NCBI GenBank assembly: GCA_036677065.1
Contig: JAKFBS010000002.1
Location: 608,001 to 672,000, forward strand
Direction of reading: 5' to 3'
From: Bdellovibrio sp.
Lineage (GTDB): Bacteria > Bdellovibrionota > Bdellovibrionia > Bdellovibrionales > Bdellovibrionaceae
DNA length: 64,000 nt
The position numbers and the translations under genes were made by a program. This document shows positions 50,839-58,856 of this stretch, piece after piece. Position 1 is the first letter of the stretch. Each line of letters starts with the position of its first letter. Under the pieces are notes generated by a model, which saw only the letters and a program-made list of their open reading frames with translations, made no database searches and had not been told where the DNA came from.

Positions 50839-50876
50839 AAAGCCCAGACACTTTATCAAAGTCTGGGCTTTTTTTA
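50839..50876 (+). terminator. Rho-independent terminator
   Basis: AAAGCCCAGAC-N11-GTCTGGGCTTT followed by T run. Confidence 0.85.
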
Positions 50877-50907
50877 TTTCTGGAACACTTCTTTCTAGAC
50901 TAGCCGT

Positions 50908-50934
50908 TAAAACCCGCGCCCTGCATACCGATAA
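50908..50934 (+). promoter_or_regulatory. sigma28 (FliA)-type promoter
   Basis: TAAA-N15-ACCGATAA, 7 nt before ATG50942. Confidence 0.7.
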
Positions 50935-50941
50935 AAACGGT

Positions 50942-51571
50942 ATGCAAAACATAAAACAAAAAATCAGCGCTCTTTTTTTATTAGCTACATTAACAATCGC
51001 GGGCAATGCCCATGCTCAGACACTTAAAGTCGGCGATATTATCTTTCACAAAAGCCAGTCGCAACAAGCAAAAGCGATTACTGAAGCCTCTGGTTCTGAA
51101 TGGACTCACGTTGGTATCCTAGTTGCCAGCGCGGGTAAATGGTATGTGGCCGAAGCCGTTGGTCCGGTGAAAGCGACTCCTCTGCAAGATTTTATCAACC
51201 GTGGTAAAAACAAAGAATATAAAATTTATCGTTTCAAACACTTCAATCCAAAAACAATGGAGTTAGCATTACATAATGCGATCAAAAGACAAAACAAGCC
51301 TTACGATATCTATTTCGAAATGTCTGACTCAAGAACTTATTGTTCAGAGCTAGTTTACAAAGCGATGCGCGAAGTAACCGGGCAAGAAGTCGGCACAATG
51401 CAAAAATTCAAAGATTTAAAACTAACTGGCCCGTATGTGAAAGCGTTAATTAAAAAGCGCTTAACAGACACTGGTCGAGAACTAGATCCGAACGAACCAA
51501 TCATCACTCCGATCTCACAAATGCGCGAATCAGATTTCACGCTAGTAAAACAGTACGTAAAATCACGCTAG
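50942..51571 (+). CDS. YiiX/YebB-like permuted papain-like hydrolase, cleavable signal peptide
   Basis: AHA-Q cleavage site; GDIIFH, WTHVG, YCSELV; close paralog of 32406-33074. Confidence 0.88.
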   Translation: MQNIKQKISALFLLATLTIAGNAHAQTLKVGDIIFHKSQSQQAKAITEASGSEWTHVGILVASAGKWYVAEAVGPVKATPLQDFINRGKNKEYKIYRFKHFNPKTMELALHNAIKRQNKPYDIYFEMSDSRTYCSELVYKAMREVTGQEVGTMQKFKDLKLTGPYVKALIKKRLTDTGRELDPNEPIITPISQMRESDFTLVKQYVKSR

Positions 51572-51601
51572 TCAGTTTCACAAACATACAAATTACAATT
51601 C

Positions 51602-51641
51602 AAAAACCGTTTCCAAGGCATTGCCCCGAAACGGTTTTTTT
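51602..51641 (+). terminator. Terminator hairpin whose loop is a REP-like copy
   Basis: AAAAACCGTTTC-[CAAGGCATTGCCCC]-GAAACGGTTTTT. Confidence 0.75.
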
Positions 51642-51731
51642 ACTTTTGCACCGGCGCAGTTCCGCACTTCGTCTTTGATCTCGGGTTAAACCGGGCATTG
51701 CCCCGCTCTGTAAGTTGCATTATGCGCATGT

Positions 51732-52331
51732 ATGCAACACAGCTTATATTTCAAAACCAAAGTTAATTACAGAAAAGAACATGGCGGAGACCTTTCAATA
51801 CGTCGACGTAAATCTAAACGTCATCTCACGATCAAAAATCCCTTTCATGTGACACTCAGAAGTGAATTTGCCACCGGAAAACGATCTTTGCTTCGGCATA
51901 AAAACATGATCTATAAGGTTTTACATAAGGCTTCTCGCCGTTTCGGGGTTAAGATTTATCAACAGGCGATTTGCGGTAATCATATTCATTTATTAGTCCG
52001 CGGACGACAGCGATTTGCGATTCAAAACTTTTTTCGCGTCATTGCTGGCCATATCGCGCAGAAAATTCTCGAGCTCCACCCGATTTCTGATCTAGAACGG
52101 CAGCGGGGCAATGCCCTATCTAAAGATGCAAAAGCGAAGTATCAGCGGAAATTTTGGGGAGCGTTGTTGTATTCGAGAATGGTTCGTTGGGGACGGGATT
52201 TTTCGAATGTTGTGAATTATATCGAAAGAAATATCCTGGAAGCTATCGGCTGGATTCCGTATGTGCGAAAGAAATGGCGCTACATAGAAAAAGGTGGGGC
52301 AATGCCCCACCTTTTCGGAATTCGTGAATGA
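51732..52331 (+). mobile_element. HUH Y1 transposase, REP-associated tyrosine transposase (RAYT)-like
   Basis: HVTLR, GNHIHLLV (HUH), KFW...YSR, YIERN catalytic Tyr; surrounded by palindromes; no tnpB. Confidence 0.85.
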
Positions 52332-52342
52332 AAATCAGCTAA

Positions 52343-53671
52343 TTAGCGGATAATTTCTAAAGCTTTGTTGATGTGTTTATCACCGTCTTCATCAAATGAT
52401 GTTGATGTGAATTTGAATTTCGACGACGTGTTATCTAATTGTAGTACTGTGAAATTGTGTTTGCTTGTCGAATCAAGACGACGCGGGTTTTTCTTTCTTT
52501 TTGCATTACCTAAGAAAGTAAAACTGTGCATTGAACTTGAAGTTATTTCAAATGTTTTATAACCTAAAACTTTCGATTCGATTTGCATGATTTCAGAAAA
52601 ATGTACATCTCCTGAAACAAAACACACTGGCGCATTGATTCGTGATAACTGCTGGCAAATTAACGATAAGTCTTTAGCTTGCTCGTATTCGTAAGCATCT
52701 TTTTTAAGATAACCACCGAAAAATTGGCTGCCGTTCATTAAAAATGCCGGCGAATTATCAGAACTTAGTGTTGAAAATAATTGATCCTTTTGCGTCTCGC
52801 CCCATTGAGTCGTTGCATTTCTGTTAAAACGACCATCCATTAAACAAAATTTATAACCGAAAACTGATAGAACTTGCGATACACCCACGCCACGTTTGTA
52901 TTTATCATGTTCTGGATATAACCAAAAATTAGAGAACAATTCTAGCGTGAATTGCTTTCCACCAAAAGATCCATCGAAACCATTACCACCGAAATCATGG
53001 TCATCCCAAATAGCCATAATAGGAACTAAGTTTTTGTGACGAAAAACTCCGATTTTAGTGCGCGTTTCAGTGTAACGCTTCCAAAAACCTAATTGTGTTC
53101 CATCATTGCCGTTATCGGCATAACATGTGTCTCCAACCAGAAAAACTAAGTCTGGAGTTTGATTTCCCAGCGAGGCCCACATTTGCGTGCATGCTTTTTT
53201 GAAAAAATCATTCATACAGCTTGCAATAGCTACTTTTGGATTTTTCTTATTCGTATCTAAGGCCTTAAAATTACGTTCATCGACGATTTTACCCTTAGCA
53301 TCTAAAACACGAAATCTATAAGCCTGACCTAATTGAAGACCAGTCACTTTAAATTTATCTAATTGCAAATCAGAACCCTTCATTCCCGCCGCTGATAAAG
53401 CAACTAAGGCAAGCTTTGCATTTTTGTCATCAACCACTTCAAACGACAGTTCTGCTGTTTTTGGACGTAGTACATTAAAGTAAGCTAAATCTTCAAAAGT
53501 TAAACCTTGATGAATTGGATATTTACCCGTGTAAGCAGGAGTTGTTGCTAATGTAGATACCATATCTGATTCTTGTGCCCAAACTCTTGAGCCCCCGAAA
53601 GGTTTAAATGTAAGAATACCGGCAGATATAATACCTGAGTGTTTTAAAAAATCACGACGTGATTGTGACAT
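52343..53671 (-). CDS. phoD: Alkaline phosphatase D family, Tat-exported
   Basis: SRRDFLK twin-Arg signal, IASC, GDTCYAD, WDDHDF, SGDVH; AGGAGG RBS. Confidence 0.88.
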   Translation of the reverse strand: MSQSRRDFLKHSGIISAGILTFKPFGGSRVWAQESDMVSTLATTPAYTGKYPIHQGLTFEDLAYFNVLRPKTAELSFEVVDDKNAKLALVALSAAGMKGSDLQLDKFKVTGLQLGQAYRFRVLDAKGKIVDERNFKALDTNKKNPKVAIASCMNDFFKKACTQMWASLGNQTPDLVFLVGDTCYADNGNDGTQLGFWKRYTETRTKIGVFRHKNLVPIMAIWDDHDFGGNGFDGSFGGKQFTLELFSNFWLYPEHDKYKRGVGVSQVLSVFGYKFCLMDGRFNRNATTQWGETQKDQLFSTLSSDNSPAFLMNGSQFFGGYLKKDAYEYEQAKDLSLICQQLSRINAPVCFVSGDVHFSEIMQIESKVLGYKTFEITSSSMHSFTFLGNAKRKKNPRRLDSTSKHNFTVLQLDNTSSKFKFTSTSFDEDGDKHINKALEIIR

Positions 53672-54095
53672 ATGGATGGTCCTCCTAACTAACCTTTCGG
53701 AGGGCGAATTCACCGATTCGACTAGACTTATGTGAATCTGGACTATTGCTAGACTACTGGCCTAACTTCTGTAGTGCGATTGTACTAAAACAAAACGGCG
53801 CAAAATTTATTCACCTCAAATTTGGCGCGCGTAAGTTCGCTTCAACCAGAAACTTTTAAAAAGTTATCACCTTGAATTACGAAGCCAATCTGGTTCTCAT
53901 TCTTACAAACGCACCTGACAGCATGAACCTGTTAAAAAAAAATGAAGGATTAAACAAAAAATTTCACTGTGAAGCTGGGCTTACATCACTGGCGCAGTCT
54001 TGACCTTAGACGGTGACCGGGTCTGGGTCGTTTGCACTGCTAAAGACTTTGCAAACAAGAAATGAATTTGCTGTCTCAATTTGATCTATGTTGGC

Positions 54096-54123
54096 TAAAG
54101 TAAACATGTTTTTTTGTCGATAA
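54096..54123 (+). promoter_or_regulatory. sigma28-like promoter for the fibre/lipoprotein operon
   Basis: TAAA-N16-GTCGATAA, 7 nt before GTG54131. Confidence 0.55.
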
Positions 54124-54130
54124 ATTAGTC

Positions 54131-56737
54131 GTGAGATACATGTTGGCACATCTTTGTAAAGCTATGCGTTCTTTTAACCCCATCAGATTATTCGTGGGCG
54201 CGTATTTTATTTTGTTAGCATCAGGTTGTGATTTAAAAGCAAATTTACAATCGCTTTTATCAGTTTCAAATGTGCCCGTTTGTGAAATTACAGACGGCGA
54301 AATTACAAATCCTCCGTGTGAATTGCCTGATGGTTACGAGGAACATTTTATTTCTGAAAATGAATTCTCTGGCCGTACCACAACAATCACTTCACAAACT
54401 ATCGCAGCATCTTCAACATTAGTTTACGGTGAAGAAGGCTTTGAAGGCGTAGCCGTACTTTCACAACTACCGATAGCTTGGTCTACGGGTTATGCCGTCT
54501 TAAGTTTAGATAAATCTTTAAATCAACAAGGTGGAACTTTTAATCCTGATTACCTTGCTAATAATATCGCATCGGGAACTTCTATCTTTGGTTTAGCTGG
54601 TAGCTTCTTCAGCACACAAAAAGTTTATTGCTCTAATACAGATACAGCGTCTTCGACATCGACTGTTCCTGGCATTGGACTTCCGGCAAATGGCAACGAA
54701 TGTGTGGCTCCAGAAAATAACTTTATCTATACGACACCATTTAACGGTCGCGCCAACAACTGTAACGCTGCCGGTGGCACGAATAATTCAAGTTGTTTCA
54801 TTCAACAAGCTGCCCAGGATATATATTTAGCAAATGCAAATTCAGTTCCGTTAGCTTGTACATATAATGGTAACAACGGAACATTCTGGGATGTCTCTAC
54901 GACAAGCTTAACTTACGGTAAATTAAAATCTCCGACGATAAGTAGTATTGTTCGTGACTACTGCCAAGTAGCGCAAGGGCAATTTTTCTATTCAGATCCA
55001 TTCGGGGGGCGCACTTCAGTTTGTGGTCCGGTACCGAATCCACCTTGTTTTTTAGAGATTCCACCATTTCAGACTCGAACAGTTAACTTAGGTGAATCAT
55101 CGACCACGCCAGTATGTCTAGAAGATCAATCAGACATTTTACCAGCAAACTGGTTAGGTGGCCTTGATGAACCGCTAAGTAAAAATTCGGCGCAATGTTT
55201 AACACCGGGTAATAACCGCTACGTTTACAACACAGCCTATGATGGACGTTTTCGCGCTTGTAATGGAACTAACATCGGAAAATGTTATTACACAGGCTCA
55301 GAAGTTTCTGCAAATATTAGTTATATTTTTACAACAAGTGAAAATGCATCTTGTCGCACGACTTTGAATTCTTGCGTTAACACTTGTGCGACTGCAAAAG
55401 ATACTTGTAACGGCTTAGCCGATGCTGATGAGAATAAATGTTTAGGGCAATATTCACAATGTTATTATAGCTGTTACGAGCGCCCTACAGTTTCTGGCGT
55501 AACACCTGTTGGTTATGCAAAATGTGCTGACAATGCTTGTACAACGACAAAAAATTCTTGTAACACAGCTTGCGGCTCGAATGTCACATGTAAAAATAAT
55601 TGTACGACAGCTTACAACGACTGTAAGTACGTTGAAAATCCGCGCACTGGTATTTGGTTTTTAAATGCTTCTTATAATTTAACAAATCCAAGAACTAAAG
55701 CTTTGATCATCCCTGCTGGTCAAAAAAAATCAGCATCAATTCCGATGGCTGATCTTTTAAATACATCGGCAATTAAAGCCGGTGTAAATATTTTCGGATT
55801 CACTGGTTCATTCGGCGGTCTTGGGGTCTGGGCATCTGGTATGCATCGTGATAAATCAGTTCCACAGTTAACCTTGAATGAAGAGAATAATAACTTTTCG
55901 GGCTTATCTGAAGAACCACTGCCAACAAGTTTTCCGAACTTTTACGAGCCTTTTAAACCGTACCGCGAAGTGACTTCAATTGCCAAAGACGACGATGGTT
56001 CAGTCGCTGATCAAAATGTATTAGCTACTCCAAGCCGCTCATCATGGGGACAAACCCAGTGCGGTGTCGGTGGCACGTTAACAACAATAGATCTAAAAAT
56101 TTCAGATTGTGGCGCCAAATTCGGTTCACTTTCATCTTGGGATGGCGTGACGAATGGAAATGCCGGTCAAGGCCGTTGGACACTCGTTTCGCGCAAATTA
56201 AACGCTTCTACCGGAACAATGGTTGAAGTGTGGCGTGATGAAAGAACTATGATGTTATGGAGTTCTTTAATCAGCGAAGCCACTAATTGGTGTAAAGCTT
56301 CTGGTAGTAGTAACAGCACTAATGCTGCGGTAAATAACCGTTATAAAGAAAATGATCCGTCTGATATTTGTGATAATCCGAGCAATCAAAATCAAGGTGC
56401 AGCAGAAACTGTAATCAGCGCTTGTCTGGCAGATTTAGGCTTCACAAATACTGATGCAGATTTCAATATCAACGGCAAAGTAGACTTGGATTTAACTTCA
56501 GCTCCAAAAATTCACTGGCGCATGCCAACGATGTACGATTATGAAGTCGCAGAATACAATGGCATTCGTTTCGTATTACCTGATATGGGAACACAACGAG
56601 GCATCCCGCTGGTTGAATGGACAGCAACGGTTAACTCGGCAAATCGCAGCGAAGCCTGGGGCATCAATTCAATGGATGGAGCACACAGAGTCATCAATCG
56701 TTCTGACTTAGCGGGGGTAAGATGTATCGGCCGCTAA
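54131..56737 (+). CDS. Cys-rich fibre-like lipoprotein with C-terminal DUF1566/Lcl (C-type lectin fold) domain
   Basis: ASGC lipobox-like; NIASGTSIFG and AIKAGVNIFG fibre motifs; EVWRDERTMMLWS, WRMPT, WTAT..AW..VRCIGR. Confidence 0.75.
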   Translation: MRYMLAHLCKAMRSFNPIRLFVGAYFILLASGCDLKANLQSLLSVSNVPVCEITDGEITNPPCELPDGYEEHFISENEFSGRTTTITSQTIAASSTLVYGEEGFEGVAVLSQLPIAWSTGYAVLSLDKSLNQQGGTFNPDYLANNIASGTSIFGLAGSFFSTQKVYCSNTDTASSTSTVPGIGLPANGNECVAPENNFIYTTPFNGRANNCNAAGGTNNSSCFIQQAAQDIYLANANSVPLACTYNGNNGTFWDVSTTSLTYGKLKSPTISSIVRDYCQVAQGQFFYSDPFGGRTSVCGPVPNPPCFLEIPPFQTRTVNLGESSTTPVCLEDQSDILPANWLGGLDEPLSKNSAQCLTPGNNRYVYNTAYDGRFRACNGTNIGKCYYTGSEVSANISYIFTTSENASCRTTLNSCVNTCATAKDTCNGLADADENKCLGQYSQCYYSCYERPTVSGVTPVGYAKCADNACTTTKNSCNTACGSNVTCKNNCTTAYNDCKYVENPRTGIWFLNASYNLTNPRTKALIIPAGQKKSASIPMADLLNTSAIKAGVNIFGFTGSFGGLGVWASGMHRDKSVPQLTLNEENNNFSGLSEEPLPTSFPNFYEPFKPYREVTSIAKDDDGSVADQNVLATPSRSSWGQTQCGVGGTLTTIDLKISDCGAKFGSLSSWDGVTNGNAGQGRWTLVSRKLNASTGTMVEVWRDERTMMLWSSLISEATNWCKASGSSNSTNAAVNNRYKENDPSDICDNPSNQNQGAAETVISACLADLGFTNTDADFNINGKVDLDLTSAPKIHWRMPTMYDYEVAEYNGIRFVLPDMGTQRGIPLVEWTATVNSANRSEAWGINSMDGAHRVINRSDLAGVRCIGR

Positions 56738-58854
56738 TTTCAATTATTTTTATTTTTCTACTTAATGTTTCAGTCGTTCGCGCTGAAGAAGTCATCGATA
56801 CGTCTAATTTATTTTTATGTGATCTTGAATCTATTATCACACAAAAATGTGGCGTCTTAAATACCGCTTATGTTTATGATGTTCAGTACGGCCCCCGCAG
56901 TTCAAGTTACTTACAGCACTACACGGCGAATGCCGAGGCCTCAACTATTCAGTTAGCACCAGGTTGGCATGAAGGTAATGAAATCACTTGGCAATCGATT
57001 GGTTTGCGTCCGGAAAATATCGTGAAAGATAAAAAGATTTTTGGTGTGGTTGGAACTCTTGATAATACCGTTTACACAAGTTGTGTAACGAATGCAGCCT
57101 CTGGACAATTAACAGCCCACAACTCGAACTTTTGTTATGCACCGGCTGGCGCACATTATATTTATTCTTCATACTGGGGCGGACGCAATAATGAGTGCTC
57201 GTTTGTTCAAGTCGATTCAATATCATACAAATTAGTTAATAAATTTGATGGCGCGAAACCAAAAGGTGCTTGTTGGATCAATACCCAAGACACAACAACT
57301 CCAGACGGATTCAGCATTGATGGCAACGCCTTAAAAACAAGTGGAAATCCAAATTTTGTTATTCGTAACACGGCAACAGCAAACACCTGTTCGGTTATTG
57401 GTGGCGGCACGGGTTTACAAACAACATCTTGCACAACTCCAGATCGTAACGATTTTAATGGTTACTTCTACCCGGCCTTTGTGACCAGAACCATTAACGG
57501 TGTGGCCAAGCAGATCAGCGGATCTTTCGGTGGCCGCGGTAAAAATTGTATTTATGGTACAAACAATGAACCTTGTTGGATCGATGATGCCGATGCCTAT
57601 GTAGAAAATGATACGACTTGTAATGAAAAATATCCAGACGGAACCCCTGGCGTAAGCGCAACTTCACCATTAAATGCTTATTCTTGTAAAACAAAAGGCA
57701 TCGTACGCGATGTTAGCATTAATAACGGTGTCGCTTCTTCAACTATTGGTCGCTTCGTTTACAAAACCGCACGCGGTGGAAGAAATACAGACTGCGCTCA
57801 AGGTAAAGTCGGCCTTTGTTTTACGACAACTGATTTTAAATCTGGTCTTGATCCTGATTTAGATCCGAATAACATTCAAAAAGGAATCGTGATTTTTGGT
57901 GTTCGCGGAACCTACGAAGCCCCAGAAATCGTCTATGGCAGTGGCGCACATCGCACGCCATCAAGCAGTACTGTTGCAAACAAATTGAATTACAAACAAA
58001 ACTTAACTGGTGAATCTAACCGTCTTGAAGCAAATCCAAATCAAAACTCAAGTCAGATTTATCCAGCAGACTATCATGCGATTCCAAAAATTGCCACCGA
58101 CTCTGAGGCGGATGTAGTTAAAGTAAACCGTGCCACCTGGTCTAACACTCAGTGCGGAACGATCGGCACAACTTCGGCCCGTATAGCAAATTGCGTAACT
58201 GCTTTTGGTACGAATGCCACCTGGAAGGGTTCAGTTAAGGGTAATGCCGGCCAAACGGATTGGGAACTTGTAACCCGCAAACGTGACAGCGTTGATGCAA
58301 ATAAAACTTACGAAGTCTGGCGTGATTCAAGCACTGGCTTATTATGGAGTTCACTGGTTTCAACAAGTCAAAATTGGTGTAAATCAACCGGTAGCAATGG
58401 CAGAAAAATTTCTGATGGTGTAGATATGGTCTACGACCAACAAACATCTTCTGAAGATGATCCATCAAACTATTGTGACAACCCGACTTACCAAGATCAA
58501 AATACTCCGGTTTCAGTTTGTTATATCGACATGCCAGAAAATGGCGATCCAAATTTATTTTCTACAGATTACAGCACGGCTACCACTCCAGGTAAAGCAG
58601 GTCTACTTCCTGATCTGACGGCGGCTACAGGCCGAGTTTACTGGCGTGTACCGACAATGTTTGATTACATTTTAGCTAATCATCACGGTCTTCGTTTTGT
58701 GATGCCTGATATCGGCGTAAATACCGACGAAGAATGGACAGCTACGACATCAGCTTCAAATCGTAAGAATGCCTGGACATTCAGTGGTAAAACCGGAGCT
58801 CGCCAATACAAACAACGTAACAACCCTGCAGCAGTTCGCTGTATTGGCCGGTAG
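56722..58854 (+). CDS. Paralogous Cys-rich fibre-like secreted protein with DUF1566/Lcl C-terminal domain
   Basis: Signal peptide; NIVKDKKIFG, NIQKGIVIFG; EVWRDSSTGLLWS, WRVPT, VRCIGR. Confidence 0.75.
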   Translation: MYRPLISIIFIFLLNVSVVRAEEVIDTSNLFLCDLESIITQKCGVLNTAYVYDVQYGPRSSSYLQHYTANAEASTIQLAPGWHEGNEITWQSIGLRPENIVKDKKIFGVVGTLDNTVYTSCVTNAASGQLTAHNSNFCYAPAGAHYIYSSYWGGRNNECSFVQVDSISYKLVNKFDGAKPKGACWINTQDTTTPDGFSIDGNALKTSGNPNFVIRNTATANTCSVIGGGTGLQTTSCTTPDRNDFNGYFYPAFVTRTINGVAKQISGSFGGRGKNCIYGTNNEPCWIDDADAYVENDTTCNEKYPDGTPGVSATSPLNAYSCKTKGIVRDVSINNGVASSTIGRFVYKTARGGRNTDCAQGKVGLCFTTTDFKSGLDPDLDPNNIQKGIVIFGVRGTYEAPEIVYGSGAHRTPSSSTVANKLNYKQNLTGESNRLEANPNQNSSQIYPADYHAIPKIATDSEADVVKVNRATWSNTQCGTIGTTSARIANCVTAFGTNATWKGSVKGNAGQTDWELVTRKRDSVDANKTYEVWRDSSTGLLWSSLVSTSQNWCKSTGSNGRKISDGVDMVYDQQTSSEDDPSNYCDNPTYQDQNTPVSVCYIDMPENGDPNLFSTDYSTATTPGKAGLLPDLTAATGRVYWRVPTMFDYILANHHGLRFVMPDIGVNTDEEWTATTSASNRKNAWTFSGKTGARQYKQRNNPAAVRCIGR

Positions 58855-58856
58855 TC

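Larger units (their letters stand above)
48195..52315. repeat. Cluster of seven REP-like palindromes GGGGCA(T/A)TGCCCC
   Basis: 48195-48207, 48573-48585, 51001-51011, 51617-51627, 51693-51704, 52105-52116, 52296-52308; none seen elsewhere in window. Confidence 0.8.

Noticed and set aside
48195..52315. CRISPR array
   Set aside because: Repeats are 11-13 bp, irregularly spaced and partly intragenic; no cas genes.
51732..52331. IS200/IS605 element with TnpB or IscB
   Set aside because: No RuvC nuclease gene adjacent; phoD ends 11 bp downstream.
53970..54056. c-di-GMP-I riboswitch on the minus strand
   Set aside because: GCAAA and GTCTAAG words are present but the GNRA-capped P2 stem and spacing are missing.
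56617..58854. Diversity-generating retroelement (CLec-fold C-termini as VR/TR)
   Set aside because: No reverse transcriptase in the window; the two 3' ends differ at all base types like old paralogs, not at adenines only.
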